Positions 12,385-24,529 of a stretch of DNA of 64,000 bases are shown piece by piece. Location: positions 1,178,001 through 1,242,000 of the forward strand of contig JAYWIR010000013.1 in assembly GCA_036172245.1 (NCBI GenBank). The letters are read 5' to 3'. Origin of the DNA: Raillietiella orientalis (taxonomy: Eukaryota). The notes beneath the pieces are model-generated. The model was not told the origin of the DNA and searched no databases. It saw only the letters and a program-made list of their open reading frames with translations. The first letter of the stretch is position 1. Every line of letters starts with the position of its first letter. Made by a program: the position numbers and the translations under genes.

Positions 12385-12559
12385 TGAGTGTGAGAGAGAG
12401 AGAACGAAACAGAAAGGGGGGAAGAATCTGTGACTGATAACCGTCCTCCTCTCACGTGAACAAACGAGTTGGGGGTGCTCTGAGCGTATCCGACGGCAGG
12501 GATCTTTTCTCTACACACACACCTCCCCCGCCGTTATCTCCGCTTTGTGATGGGAGGAA

Positions 12560-15500
12560 ACAACCAAAGGGAAAGGTCTTCTCCGCTCTTTCGGGCTTCG
12601 CTTGCTGCTGTAGCACTGGCAAGGCATCCCTTCCTCCAGCTAATCTGAGGATGCTGAAGCCCTCACTTTGGTTTGCTGTCCGCCTTGGACCAAACTACAT
12701 CTCGGCCTGCTTCCAAGCACTCCTAATCCGCTTCCGTTGCTCGAGTGTTCTGCAAAAACGTGCGTGGGAGGTTGGAAGGAACTTGTAAACACAGCATGCC
12801 AATGGTCTGCTAGTAACGAAAAATAGTAGCACCACTCTACAAAACAAAAAGGCATGCGTGCCTCTTCGTAAACAACTCTGCAGGATCAGCATCCCTAGAG
12901 TAAAAATACTCCTTCCTTCCAAACTTGTGAACACTCTGAACGGAGCATCGGGTTCGGAGGCTGAACAGCCAGCGCTTTTGTTCATCGCTCTTCAACCTCA
13001 TGCCCAATGGTGACCAAAGAAGAAGCCGAAATTCCTTGAAACCTTCCAAGCAAACAGTCACTGGAGGATCATTTTTGCTGGAATTTGATGGTTTTCGAAG
13101 CGTTCTCTGATCTCGCTGACCCTCATTGTCCGTGTTCCTAGCAGACATCCTTTCTCCCCTGTGGAAGTTTGTAACGAGGAGGAAGGACAGGCAAGGCAGC
13201 ACCCTCCGTGCGTGTTGTCTGCCTCTCTGGCAACGGCAGCTCTACGCAGCGAGCGAATGGGCGAAAAAACTCCGCTCCATAGAGACCGGGAAGCTCTCTC
13301 TTCGCAACGGTAGTTCAGGATCGCTTCTAGGTTGGCTTTGAGGATGTTTTCCGCCGGCTCCTGTCCGTAAAGTTGTCCAAAGAATACTCGTGACGAATGA
13401 AAGCTGTAGTTTCCAAAGAAACTGGATTTTCAGGGCCATAAAACCGTTTTGCCACCACTTCTGAACCCAATGCGATTGTACATAAAGCACGCTTTCCATT
13501 TCCATAAAATCGCACCACTGGCCTATCGCGCCGCGGGCTCCACTCCGCCACCAGGGTGGGGCGCATACTTTGCCGTCCGCAAAACCGTCGGACGAGGTGT
13601 AGCTGATGGAAATGGGGCCGCTCGCAGGAGGAGCGACCTTTCAGAGGTCTCTTCCGAGTTCTCCTCACGCGCGATGCCGAGTTGCGAGGGAGACCAAGTC
13701 TGGAGAAGAAGACCTTGGCGGAAGAGGACGGAGGTGGTCTATACCGAAACGAAAGGCCGTCGGTATGGTGCGAGAGTTGCCGATCGGCACTTCCCGGATG
13801 CTGAGACGGAGGAAATTTTCCAATCCTCAATGGGCGTTGACCGACAGAGACTGGCGACCGCAGTTTCTTATTCTTAGGGGAGGGAAGACGTGCTTCCCTA
13901 CGCCGTGGCTTCGAATCTGAATAGCCCGTTGGGAGTTTGCGTTCGGAGAAACTCCTCTTCCCGAGATGAAGGAAATTCCTCATTCTCAGCTTGGGGAACG
14001 CCGTCCATGTCTTCTTCACGTTTTCTTCGACGGAGGCACGAACGAACCGAAGGACCAGAGATAGCAAACGGACGACCCTTGAAAGCCACCGCCTGAAAAG
14101 CTAGGGAAGTTTCCTCCGGCTTCCTCCGGTGGGAGCCTTCGGCTATGATAAATTCACCCCCGACCCTCCCTTTCCCCCTCTAGAGGAGGTCTCTTGGCGC
14201 TCGGATCGTCTGTTTCTGTCAGAGGAATGCGAAATCCGCAGCTTTCCCTCCTACTTGCATCGTGTTCCCGCTTGCTTCCAATGGAGATCAGATTTCGGAA
14301 GAGGTTCGCTCTTCCCACCCTTGCAAATTAAGGTCACAATTCCTCTTATTGAAAGATTATGGAAGCAGCCGCAGCGTTCGAGGCAAAGCACCAGGGGACT
14401 CCAGTCTTCCTGCCGTTCGTCCCGGATCCCTCAGTTCGCGTGGGGGTTAACCGAACGCGACTCTGAACCCGGTCCATTGCTAAGGTGCAAGGAGGACCTA
14501 CGAAACTTTCGAATCTTTGGAGGAGAGGAGAGAGGGAGGTCGCTGGTGTCCAGTACCAGGCAAAGAGGGCACCCTGCAAGTCACCTGGACGGGAACAGGG
14601 TCTCCCCAGCACGCACTGCGCGGGAGCACGTAGGCGAAGGTCCGACCGTTTAGAGAGGTCACTTCCCTATCTCCTCCTGGAGGAGAGCAAGGGGCACTCC
14701 GAAAGCGCCGGGACCGCTCACACTCTCGAAATGACCCGCAAGAATGCCTGTAGGATGGCATCTTTCTTGAACCACCACAAACATGGAGGCTTTCGCTCCG
14801 GTTCCTAAGGTTTCCTAACTTGTTCCCGCAAGAGGGCAGCAATGGAATCCTCCCCAGGCTGTCTAAAAAATCGTGGAGCTGCTATGTCGCTCTTTCCGAA
14901 AACTGAAGGAGGTCCAGGGAACGCGTACGCTCAGCTGCGGGGGTCGGTCCAATTCGACTTCCATTTTCCGTCTCTTTCGACCCCGGAGTCGGCTAGCCAG
15001 CTCGGCGAAGGGAGAGAGAATTCTTCGGGATGTTGTTGCCAGGAGAGACGGGAGAGGTCGCACCTTCCAGGCGGGGTTCAGTATCGGTCGATTCTTCCCA
15101 TGTTGTGGTTCCACTTTCCGGAAGACAAGATGTCGCGTCGCGAGTTCACACGTAAGCCGGGGACACGGAAGAACCGCTTCTCGCGTCCGATCTCGCACTC
15201 CAAGAATCTGGACGCAACATCGCTTGCTGTACCAGACGACCACGGTCTCGCTGCAGGGATCTCAGATGTCTTTTACAAGGATGACATCAAGCACATCCTT
15301 CCTGATCCTGATTTCGCGATTCCAAAAACATCTTCCGAGAGGAAAGGAAGGTATACATCCCCTTAGCACGTACACTTCCCTTTCCCCCCGGGGGCTTCGG
15401 TTCCGGACAAACATAACGGCGTCGGTGTAGAAAGTTCTTCACCGACACCGTCTTCCAACACTGTCGAGAATTGTCGGAATTGCGAGAACTCCGGGTAGAA

Positions 15501-18500
15501 TGCATGGGTGAAATTTGGCAACTTTCTTCGGAACCTTTGATTCCCCTTCGCTGAACTTTCTTGACAAGCTCACTGACCCGGTGTTCCGAACTGAAGTCCG
15601 GAAGCAAGATTTCTTTTGCCTGTATTAAGGTTGCAGTTCTTTTTGCATGGTACCACGATTTCCCCTTTCCTGTAGAGACGCTACCGGTGTATCTTGAATG
15701 CGACACCTACGGCATTCTAGCATTGCTGGCGGTCGTAGCATATGCCAGTGGTGTGGAACAAGCTTCACTTGTAGTTGGCATTATGAAAAGCAATAGGCGC
15801 TAACTCATCACCTTTGTGGGTCAAGGGTTCCTAACATTGTAGATCAAGGTTTCAAGCTTCCCATTCTCGAGCGAATCTGTGAACAGATGCTGGTTTCCGG
15901 CTTACGAGCTTCTCCTTCGCCTGCCTACAAAATCTGAAAGATTTTCGGCATGTCTTGCATGTCCGCACATGTCACGTCTCCTTGAACCACATATGGAACA
16001 ACTTATCGAGGTCCAACACGAGAGCGGGTCAATGTTTCCCTTGGTGCTTTCGCAGTCGTAAAATAGGATCTTCTTGGAGGAAACGATTCACGTATTCACG
16101 TCTCCACCCGTGTCGCCTCGAATTCTGTTTGTCAGACACTGCGCGCCATCCCTCCAGGGACAAGTCCTGCTGATTTCCCCCTGCTTTGCTACTGATGGAA
16201 GCGATCTCGCTGTTGAGCGCGATCCATTTCTACTGCGGCTCTTCTGCCTCCGCGTCCTCGCCGCCCATTTCCATCTTCAGCTCGAGCCTCTCCTGGTTCT
16301 AAGCTCCTGCATATCGCTGCTCCGCGATCTCGTTTGGCTTTCCAGTTCTTGCTGGATCCCTGCTGGAGTTGGCGGCACTCTTTTTCTCTGTATCGCAGTT
16401 CGCTTCTCCATACCTTTGGCTTTTCCCCTGGGAGTTATTCCTGTTCATAATTTCTGCGTCTTGGTCCTCCCACTTTCTCCTTGGCGGAAGTCCTCTGCCG
16501 GCCGTGATTTTTCGGGGTAGGTGCGGCGGGCGCGATGAGCTTTGGGAGAAGGTCGATCAATCGATGGATCATCGAAAGCCGACTCATCGGCGTGGTGGCC
16601 GCAGCTCGTCCTTGGCCTCTTGGTAGGTCCGCGGGGCTTCTCAAACCCAGATCCACGCTTGTCCGAAGCTAGTCAACAACGAGGAAGTAGCGGGGTGGTC
16701 AGCGGCTCGCGGATTCGCGGAATGGATCTGAAAGGGAGAAGCGCGTGACGGTGGTGCGAACCTTCCGGCTGGCCATGGATCTTCCTCCGTTCTTCCGTGA
16801 ATTCAGCTGACTAGCGATTCGGAGAAGTTGGTGGAGAAGCGAGTGAAGAGTACCGGAGATTGTGAAACAGAAAGGCGCCTCCGGGAGGTGGAGATGGCAA
16901 CCAGCAGACCGGGAACCGTAGGAAGGAGGTCCTCTTGTCTCAGATTTCGGTTCACCGGGTCTCGTGTGGAAAGGAGTGGGTGGAGTCACGCGGCACTCAG
17001 GATGACCAGATGCCATGATCACAGGAGCAGAGCATTCTCTTCCCCGACGTGCTAAAAGGCGGTGATGGCGATAGTCGCCACGGTCCGAGGACGAGGAGGG
17101 ACAGAGAGAATTACGAGGAAGTCGTGAAAGGGGTTTCTGGATTCATCAATTGCTTCAGCAACACAATTCTCCTGGGAAGTGTCGTGCACTCGTTGCCGCC
17201 TTAGAAAATGCCCAATCCCCCCCCCCCACACACACACACACATACACACGCATAAAGTTTCGCCAACGCGCTCAGCCCCTCATATGTCGGTTCGAAGCTT
17301 TCCGCACGAATGGTTCCCGCCATTTTCTTTGCGGAACCCGCCAGCCGCAGAGGAGCAGCAACAGCATCACGGGTCCCCGAGTTCAGAGAATCCTTCCCAC
17401 TCAACCTCCCGAAATTTCCTACTTGTCAAAAAGTCCACGAGTCCCCGAGCGTCCCTCATCTCGTAATCTGATTCAGGAGCAATCATCTCGCTATAGCTCC
17501 ACCAGTCTCCAAGGTTCCCCCTTCGATTTTTCTTCTCTTTCTCTCCTGCCTTCCTCGGAAAACGCGAGCGCATGCGCCGCTCCCACTTCGCACATGTCTT
17601 CTAATCCACCGAATGTGTGCGTGCAAGCGCATGCGCGCCACGCTGTCACCTCCGTCTGACACACAGCTCTGACCCTGCCGCTTCCTACGAATACGAGGAG
17701 GCGGAGCGGATTCCGTACGGCAGCGGCGGCACACCACCACCACCCCCGAGAAGGCCACTGTTGGGTCCCTGCTCTCACTCTCTTCAGCTCTGCGCTTCCA
17801 ACGCAATCTGCTGAGCGTGCACATCAAAAGATTGACTACAACAGTCCGCTACCCCCGTTATTGCAGCGCTTGGCAAGCGACGGGACCGGGAGAAGAAGGT
17901 GGGTTTGTAGCAGCTTCTTCCTCTCGGGACTGCTGGCTGATCGCGCGCGCGCTGGAATCTTCACGCTCCCGAATCGAAGGGATCGTTCCCCTTTGCCAGC
18001 CGCGGAGGATCAGCGCTACCGACAATTGGTTGGATTAGCCCAGAACACCCGACGGGTGGGTCTGCAAGGGCATACCCTTGCAGAGCCATCGTTTGGGCCA
18101 TCGCTAGTTTTCGTGAGCTCTTTGCCCTCTTTCGAGTATCTTAAACCACGCAAGGGACATATCACAGATGATTGGTGCTAGCCCGCGAGCGCGACTGCAG
18201 ATGCTATTCTTGCGCGAATAGAATGGAAACTGCGCGGTGTAGCTGCCTTCGATAGTCGAACCCGCTTTCGAAGGTATCAATCGTTTCTCGGCCTTTTGGC
18301 TAAGATCAAAGTGTTGATAGTCAGAGTGCTCCACCAAAGGCGGATGAATCTCTCATCTCTCCAAAACCGCACGCGTTCCGAAAATCTCTGTCCCAGTTCT
18401 GGCCGCCCTTAAAGGCAAAGTGAGTGGTGATGGAGATTTCTTTCTTTTTTCTTCGTTCGACTTCCGATTTCGCTTTCTGCCATGCAGATGACTCCGCTTC

Positions 18501-18820
18501 CTGCGCATCTTAACAGCTGCTCTCAGTTTCATCTGTCCCATTTCCCAAAAGTCTTCCGTCTTTCGAGCCGCCATCCACCCAAACACTCGGAGCATCGAGT
18601 CGTTTAGCTCCCCCCTCCCCCCCAGACATGCACCTGAGCTTCCTCGGCCGCTTTCTTAGAGCCGCCATCTCCGATTGTCTTTCCGGGCTGCTTCCTCCTT
18701 CCTCTCGAGTGCTGCGGAGATCCAGAAAGCTCTTTTGCTTCAGAGTGAAGCTTTCCCGAAAAGCACGGATACCAGGAGCGTACCTGCCTTTTTTTGCATT
18801 GACTCTCCAGTGCACGCACG
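12560..18820 (-). pseudogene. Protein-primed family B DNA polymerase (pPolB) remnant, Polinton type
   Basis: Ordered motifs across frames: KNSICSRARG (~18200), Exo I ILFYDCES (16046-16069), Exo II IAFHNANY (~15770-15794), NFTHAF, SDV..LATRHLVFRK, VSR-like FHCCP (14833-14847), LPRSACWG (PRDAFxGGR), FVGPP, KTWTAFP, GLF, AKVFF..TW..QLG, ESVLYV, FFGQL and terminal TFPFG (12563-12577). Confidence 0.8.
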
Positions 18821-18959
18821 CGCACGATTCCCAGGTCTGCAGTGCCGTTTTCTCTTTAGGATTCGAAGCAAAAATGTGACCCCACTCCCCTCTTCTTCGT
18901 CCCTCACTGCATGACCATGCGAACTTTCCCGCAGGATTGCCTCACAGTCCACCGTGGCT

Positions 18960-19400
18960 CACGGTCCGAAAGAGGTTCCGAATTTCACGAAAAAACCTGC
19001 CCGGAGCCTGCCGATTTTTTTCCTGGAGTCCCTCTCACAGCCGTTCAAAAAGCGCCCTGTCGCACGAGTCAAAGAACCACCGGCCACCGAGTTGATGAGG
19101 TTCTTCCTTTTGCTTATCATTCTCCTTCCACTCAGCTGTCCTGCTGTTTCAGATAGGTCGTTTTTTCTCCACTCATCATCCTGGTGGCCGTGTCTTCTGC
19201 AAACTAACGGCGCACCAGAGGGTGCGCGGACAACCTTGTGGCAACGAGCTGCAGGTTGGCGCATGTTGGCGCAACTCGTGCCCACAATGGGACACTTGCG
19301 AAGCGCGCCCGTCACGGTTCCTTACGTCACTGTCATGAACCAATAATAACGCAAGCTCACTGTACTCTTTTGATAACTTCTCTTCGAGAAGATTCTCCAA
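18960..19400 (-). pseudogene. Small basic Polinton/adintovirus core-like protein remnant
   Basis: ISKRKNLINSVAGGSL resembles the KKxxL.QxGGFL motif of the conserved small Polinton ORF. Positional support only otherwise. Confidence 0.3.
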
Positions 19401-19800
19401 GGCGGTAGCAGACGTCCTTCTTCCTCCAGCAGCTTCCTGCTGAATGTTTCGAAGTGCTACCAGACAGAAATTTGCAATCGCAGTGCGTTATTAGAATGTT
19501 ATGGTTTGTGTCTTCATACCCTGCAAGCCCGTGAATAACCAGAGTCGCTCCAAGCACTGAATCCTTTTTAAAAGACAGGATGATAGCCTGTGAACAACAA
19601 CATAGCTCGTAAATGACAAGATACTGCAAGAACGTTGGTCGTGGTGATCTTGGGGACGAATTGTCAGTAAAAATAAACGAAACGAGTGGCCATAGTGAAG
19701 GAGCATCCCATCATCTACAAAAATGCCCATTTGTTTGCAACGGTTTGCCTACACATGAATATGCATACACGTTTTGAGTCTGCATCAGTTTTTGGTTAGG
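19400..19800 (-). pseudogene. Putative adenain-like maturation cysteine protease remnant
   Basis: GIFVDDGMLLHYGHSF (compare A+F+D..G..EYFDSFG) and ITHCDCKFL (compare CGxYCxxFL), directly after the major capsid gene. Confidence 0.35.
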
Positions 19801-19849
19801 ATTTTTTCTCATCATGTTGCGTTTCAAATGAAGAGAGGCTTCACTGTCT

Positions 19850-21660
19850 GTAGAGAACGCACGTACCATTTAAAAATTACCAGCACAATTACAAACGTAC
19901 TGAAAAGCCAGTTCGTCTTGAGGTTCATAAGGTTTTGAATGTAGGGTCGCTTAGGGACGATCACATCTCATTCGCTCCCCCCTTTCCGTCCTTCGTAGGC
20001 TCGCTTCCATTATGAAACGTCCCTCATGCTACGAGGCTGGGCATCCTCTATCCCAGCTATGGGCCTTTTTCCCATAACAGGTCACATGGAGCTTGCGCAC
20101 TGAATGTTGTCCACCGCTGCTCCAAAGACCCTATTGATTCATAATAGGCGATGTGGGAAGACCTGCTGTTCTCCGATGTTATTTTTCGGAAACTTGAGGA
20201 ACTGAGCCGAAACTTGTATTCAAGTAGAAATAGAATTTTCTTCTTAGGAAAGACCAGTCCATCTACAAAAACTTACCAATGAGATTTCAAGGGTTTGCTT
20301 GTTCTATGAAAAGAAAAAAAAACGCCCAACGTGGATCTGCAAAGAAAATCAAGTTTTGCGTAATCGTAATTGAAGCAGTTCCAACTCATGCTAAGCCGCA
20401 AGTCGGATGGCTTCAAAGCAGAAAGAGAAGATCTTTGGATCTCAAGCTGAATTAAGATCGATACCGTGGTAAATTGGAAACGTTCAGCAGTCAGTCCGTG
20501 ATCATCGCTGTCGACAAGTGAATGGACGGAAACGACAGCGCATGGAATCTGTTTCAAATCACCCTTAAGATGTTCCCAGGCGACTCGATGTTTAGGCTCT
20601 TTCTCAGAACAATGGGATAACCTGCTGAGAGTACCTGGAACAACAGCAGGTGATGATCGTCTCCTCCATTCGCATTTCTTTTCTCTCATCTCGGAAGCAA
20701 ACGGATACTTCGGCTCCGAGTTCCGTCCGATCCACTCCGATGAATTTTTCTTTGAATCTGACGTGGATTTTTACCTTGGATCAAGCGGTTCACCCGAATT
20801 CCTTTTTTTCCTCCTTTATTCTTCCCTTGAGCAAAAGAACGTGGTTCTTGAAGTTGGTAACGAAACGACCGAATCTCTAGAGGGCAAAGCTTAAGCTGCT
20901 TAGTGACCTGGAAAATCCTTTCTGGTTCGCCTTGCGAGAAAGCCCTTGCCGTGCTCTGCTCAACGCATTCAGCAGCACCGACAACTCAACGTCTACCCTT
21001 CCCGGGAGTGTCATTTCGATCACGGGTACGGAATACAAAGGAATGATTGAGCGTTCTCGAAATCTCTCGAAATTTTTCTTTTTTTTTTTTTGGTCGATTG
21101 CAGAAAAAAAAAAATGATGAATTCGAGGACGTTATATTGTCTGCACGGCCTCCTAATAGTTCTACTGACCATTAAGAGATCACACGAACAAAATAAATTA
21201 AGGGGAAGACGATAGAAGAATTATGCATCTGGCCACATAAAAGTCGAGAGATTCTTTTGATGGATAAACGGGATAGCCATCCCTAAGGGGATTTCTTTTT
21301 TTTTTTAATGCAAACTTGTAGGATGGAATTTTTCCTCCTAGTAGGAACTTGACTTAATACGAGTAAAATCCTCTCCATCCCTCCATAGTTACCAAGTTTT
21401 CAACAACTGGTGAAAACTTGGTAACCATCTGGCTGCGCACCATCTGGTTTCAAACCAGATGGTCAGCCACTCCTTCAACTTGGTTTGTTTAATCTCCCCT
21501 ACTCTGGAAAGAAGAGTGCTGTCCCACAGCTCCTCTTCCTTTGAAACCAGTTCCAAACTTGCTCTGGGATTTGACCCAAGGTCGAGCGAGCGATCTTGTA
21601 CGATATGGAAATAACGACGTTTTTAGATCACTCAGTGGATAATAATTGCTTCATCCTCCC
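19850..21660 (-). pseudogene. Double jelly-roll major capsid protein remnant
   Basis: Ordered motifs: LSQV, YPVY, LPGRVDVEL, PKYP (20702-20713), KQIPCAVVSV, NCFNYDYAKLDFL (20342-20380; compare NPFNF), VFVDGLVFPKK, HIAYYES, FVIVLVIF. Confidence 0.65.
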
Positions 21661-22049
21661 GTCTCATCCTTCATCTGATGATTTCATTTGCCTCAGTTAC
21701 ACCCAAATGCTGACAGCACTGTCCCCAAGAAATTCTGAATCATTTTTCGAGAGGCGACCCGACACACCCCCAGCTCTCCTGGTGAATCCGCAGAAGCAGC
21801 TAGCGCACCGCGGAAACGGAGCCAGGCGCCTTCGAATCTCGCGTGTGGTTCGTGTACTTTCGAGTTGTCCCAGCCACTGGGGTCACGCGTTTCATGGCCA
21901 TCACGCGAAGTTTGAACTGAGCGGAACCTCTGACATGCGTTGCGAACCACACTGGCCGTCCACCTGCATCGTGCACACTTCACTTCCGTCTTTTGAATGA
22001 CTTCTCTTATCTGTTCAGCTGAGACTCGACACAGTCTCCATGAACTGCA

Positions 22050-22200
22050 TCCCGGCTCTCATTCGAAAAAAAGAATCCCATCTTGCGCAGAATTGCCATC
22101 ATTTTCTGTGCTTTGTCTATCAGTACCTCCTACATTTCCCGCACCTCTGCACATCCTCTCAAGTAGGGACCACCCCATTGATGCACATTTTTCCTTCATT
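22050..22200 (-). pseudogene. Small Gly-rich Polinton ORF remnant
   Basis: GPYLRG / CRGAGNVGG / LIDKAQKMMAILRKMG resembles the F.G...QRG.G+G motif of a conserved small Polinton ORF found next to the capsid gene. Confidence 0.3.
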
Positions 22201-22539
22201 CATTCAACTACTTGGTGAGTGTTCCCAGGACAAGTTTGAAGCACCTACAACTCCTGAGCTACTTTTCACGATTACGTCAAACGTCTATTATTCAAATGAC
22301 CCTTCGCTGAAATCTACTCGTTTTCTTCTCCCCAAACCTAGCCTTTGGTGAACGAAGGAGGAGGAGGAGGAGAAGAAGAAGAAAACGTCACCGTATTCAA
22401 TTCGAATGCGCTCTTTCAAAGAGGAATCTCGCAGAATCAACCGTCGTTCCCGAAACCTGACGTGCGCGTTTCCTAGTGAGCGCGTGTAAACGTGGAGTAT
22501 CCATCACTTCGAGCTCGCCTACATCCCACGCCATTTCAC

Positions 22540-24450
22540 GCCAAGGGCAGATGAACTTTGCGAATGCACACTGAGATCGCGGTCACAAATGCCGGCATCC
22601 TCGTCCTACCAACCGGTTGGAAGAAGCCTTCAGGTGTCTGGGCGACTCCGGGTTCTCCTTCGTATACTGCTTTTCTTTTCAGCACATCAGTTATCACTTC
22701 AGTTTCTTCTGCTTCTTCTTCTTCTCGATACGTTTCGAAGGTGAAACCTTCGAGTTGCCTGCCCAATTGATTTTCTGCGAAATCGCCCCGACCTGTCACG
22801 TGTAACTTCACACGTTGCATGCACGCATCGGAATTCGCATTCACTGCTTCAGCGGTTGCGCGCCTGAATCCTAGCAGCTGCTTGTTATGCAAGAAGACAA
22901 AGGGCAGGCAGCACAAGGACACCTTGGCGGACACCTTGCCGTTGCGTCGGTGGTGACTTTCTGGTGATCATCGTTTTCTTTCATGGAGATCAGGCTTTCG
23001 ACTTGTCTCCTTCCAAGGGCATTCGTTCCATTGAAGTCTGCTTGTGGTTTATTTTAAAAGGTCAGTAGCGAAGATCGTCACAGGAGGATCATCACTATCG
23101 GTCAGGATGATGGAAAACCCTTTGGGGTTCTTCTGTTCTCCCCGCTTTCCCTTCAGTTGTTTCTTTTTTTCTTGGTTCTCAAGGAGTGCTTAAGAACCGT
23201 TGGCCACCTTGAGGGGAGCTCGCAAAGTTTTTTGACATTGTCTACGCCACCAGAGGGTATGTGAAACTCTTCGATTTACAAAGGTAGCCCATGGGAACTA
23301 CCTTGTGAATCCAGGATGGTTCCGGAGGAAGGCGTTCGTTCTTCTCACCCCTGGGGAGGGTAATCCTGAAGGTAACCCTCGCCCTGGTTATCTCCAAAGG
23401 AAACCCCTAAGGGATCCTCTCCCTCATCCTCTCCGGAGGGACCCCCAGAGTGGACCACTCCTCCTTCTTTTCTCCGGAAGGAACCCGCAAGGGAACCGCT
23501 CCTTGTTTCCTCCTCCTCTGAAGAGAACCCCGGAAGGGACGCTTCCCAATTTCTCTGAAGAGGAGCTCTTCGAAGGGAGCAGCGCTCTTCTTAGCCCTCT
23601 GGAGAGGTGCCGATCCACCAGCCCCAGGGCACGCAATGGAGGGTCTACCTCCGAGGGGGGGATGGATCTGCGCAATCGGAGGGGGAGTCTTGAAGGGAAC
23701 CCTCTCCTTGGTCTATGGAAGGACGCCGGAAGGGTCTACTTCCAATGCCGGCCAGTCAACGGCAACATCCGGCTTGCACCAGTGACGCACCCGGAGCCTA
23801 TAAGACCGACCAGGGTCATCTTGCGGGGGAGGACTCCTAAACCCAGGACGCACCCATTTCTCGGCGTCGATCCTTCCTCGGATGGGACTCGAACCCGCTA
23901 TGCTCGGTGCCACGCGCAGGTGCCTCAGCCACACGGCTACCAACGCGGGCTTGTGGCCGGGCAAGCTGAATCCCACAGCAAACCGTGCTGGAAGACAGTT
24001 GGAGACGTTACGTGCCCACCTCGGACCCAGTCTGAGGTTTGCAAATTTCGACCAAACCTACACTGCCAGTCCTCCGCTTCGAAGCGAAGCTGAAAGATCT
24101 GAAAGTCTTTCACGCGAAAGTGCAAAAAGTTTCTCTGCTTTGCTCTAAGAGGAGAATCCCGGGATGTCGCTGTTTAACACGTGCTGGCAGCAGCACTACT
24201 ACCACTGTACGCTGCTACCGTGGAAACAAATGCCCATAAACACTGTTGCCACAGCACGGGACTGTCGAATTCTTTTTCTTTCTTTCCGTCCACAAACTTC
24301 ATCTATCTTCCTCGCAGCGGTGCATGATGGGAGTTATTGACGTCTTCATACGGAACCCCCCCCCCTCCCCCTCTCTCTGAAGCTGCAAGACGCTTGTTTT
24401 GTTTGGCTGCTCCAGAAGCCTGGAGAATGCAAGAAGTCGAACAAACAAAC
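22540..24450 (-). pseudogene. Maverick c-integrase (RVE plus chromodomain) remnant, interrupted at ~23303-23950
   Basis: FLHSPGFWSS, KRRTGSVGLVEI, RLQ, then the insertion, then ATFVNRRV, QRFLST, INHKQTSMERMP, GRQLEGFTFE and chromodomain-like VITDVLKRK. The order matches Polinton integrases. Confidence 0.6.
23303..23946 (-). repeat. tRNA-headed repeat module, copy 2, inserted into the Maverick integrase
   Basis: Minus strand GCGTTGGTAGCCGTGTGGCTGAGGCACCTGCGCGTGGCACCGAGCATAGCGGGTTCGAGTCCC has A box TAGCCGTGTGG and B box GGTTCGAGTCC, resembling tRNA-His. Degenerate TCTCYGRAG...GAAGGGA units at ~23390-23600. Confidence 0.8.
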
Positions 24451-24529
24451 TTGAGGAGAGCATGAGATGGGAAGGGCGGGAATGAATTCGCTCGTATCAT
24501 CTTTCAGCTTCCATCTGCCAGCATTTTCG

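Noticed and set aside
12075..12518. His-Thr or Cys-Val repeat proteins (also 25183-25854)
   Set aside because: Translations of (TG)n microsatellites.
12600..16100. Endogenous negative-strand RNA virus L protein
   Set aside because: No GDN or SDD motif in context; the same frames are explained better by an ordered series of pPolB motifs.
23385..23610. CRISPR-like array
   Set aside because: Units are degenerate along their whole length with no constant repeat and unique spacer structure; eukaryotic context with no cas genes.
23305..24093. 262-aa ORF as a real gene
   Set aside because: Runs antisense through the tRNA-like module, and the equivalent frame is shifted or stopped in other copies.
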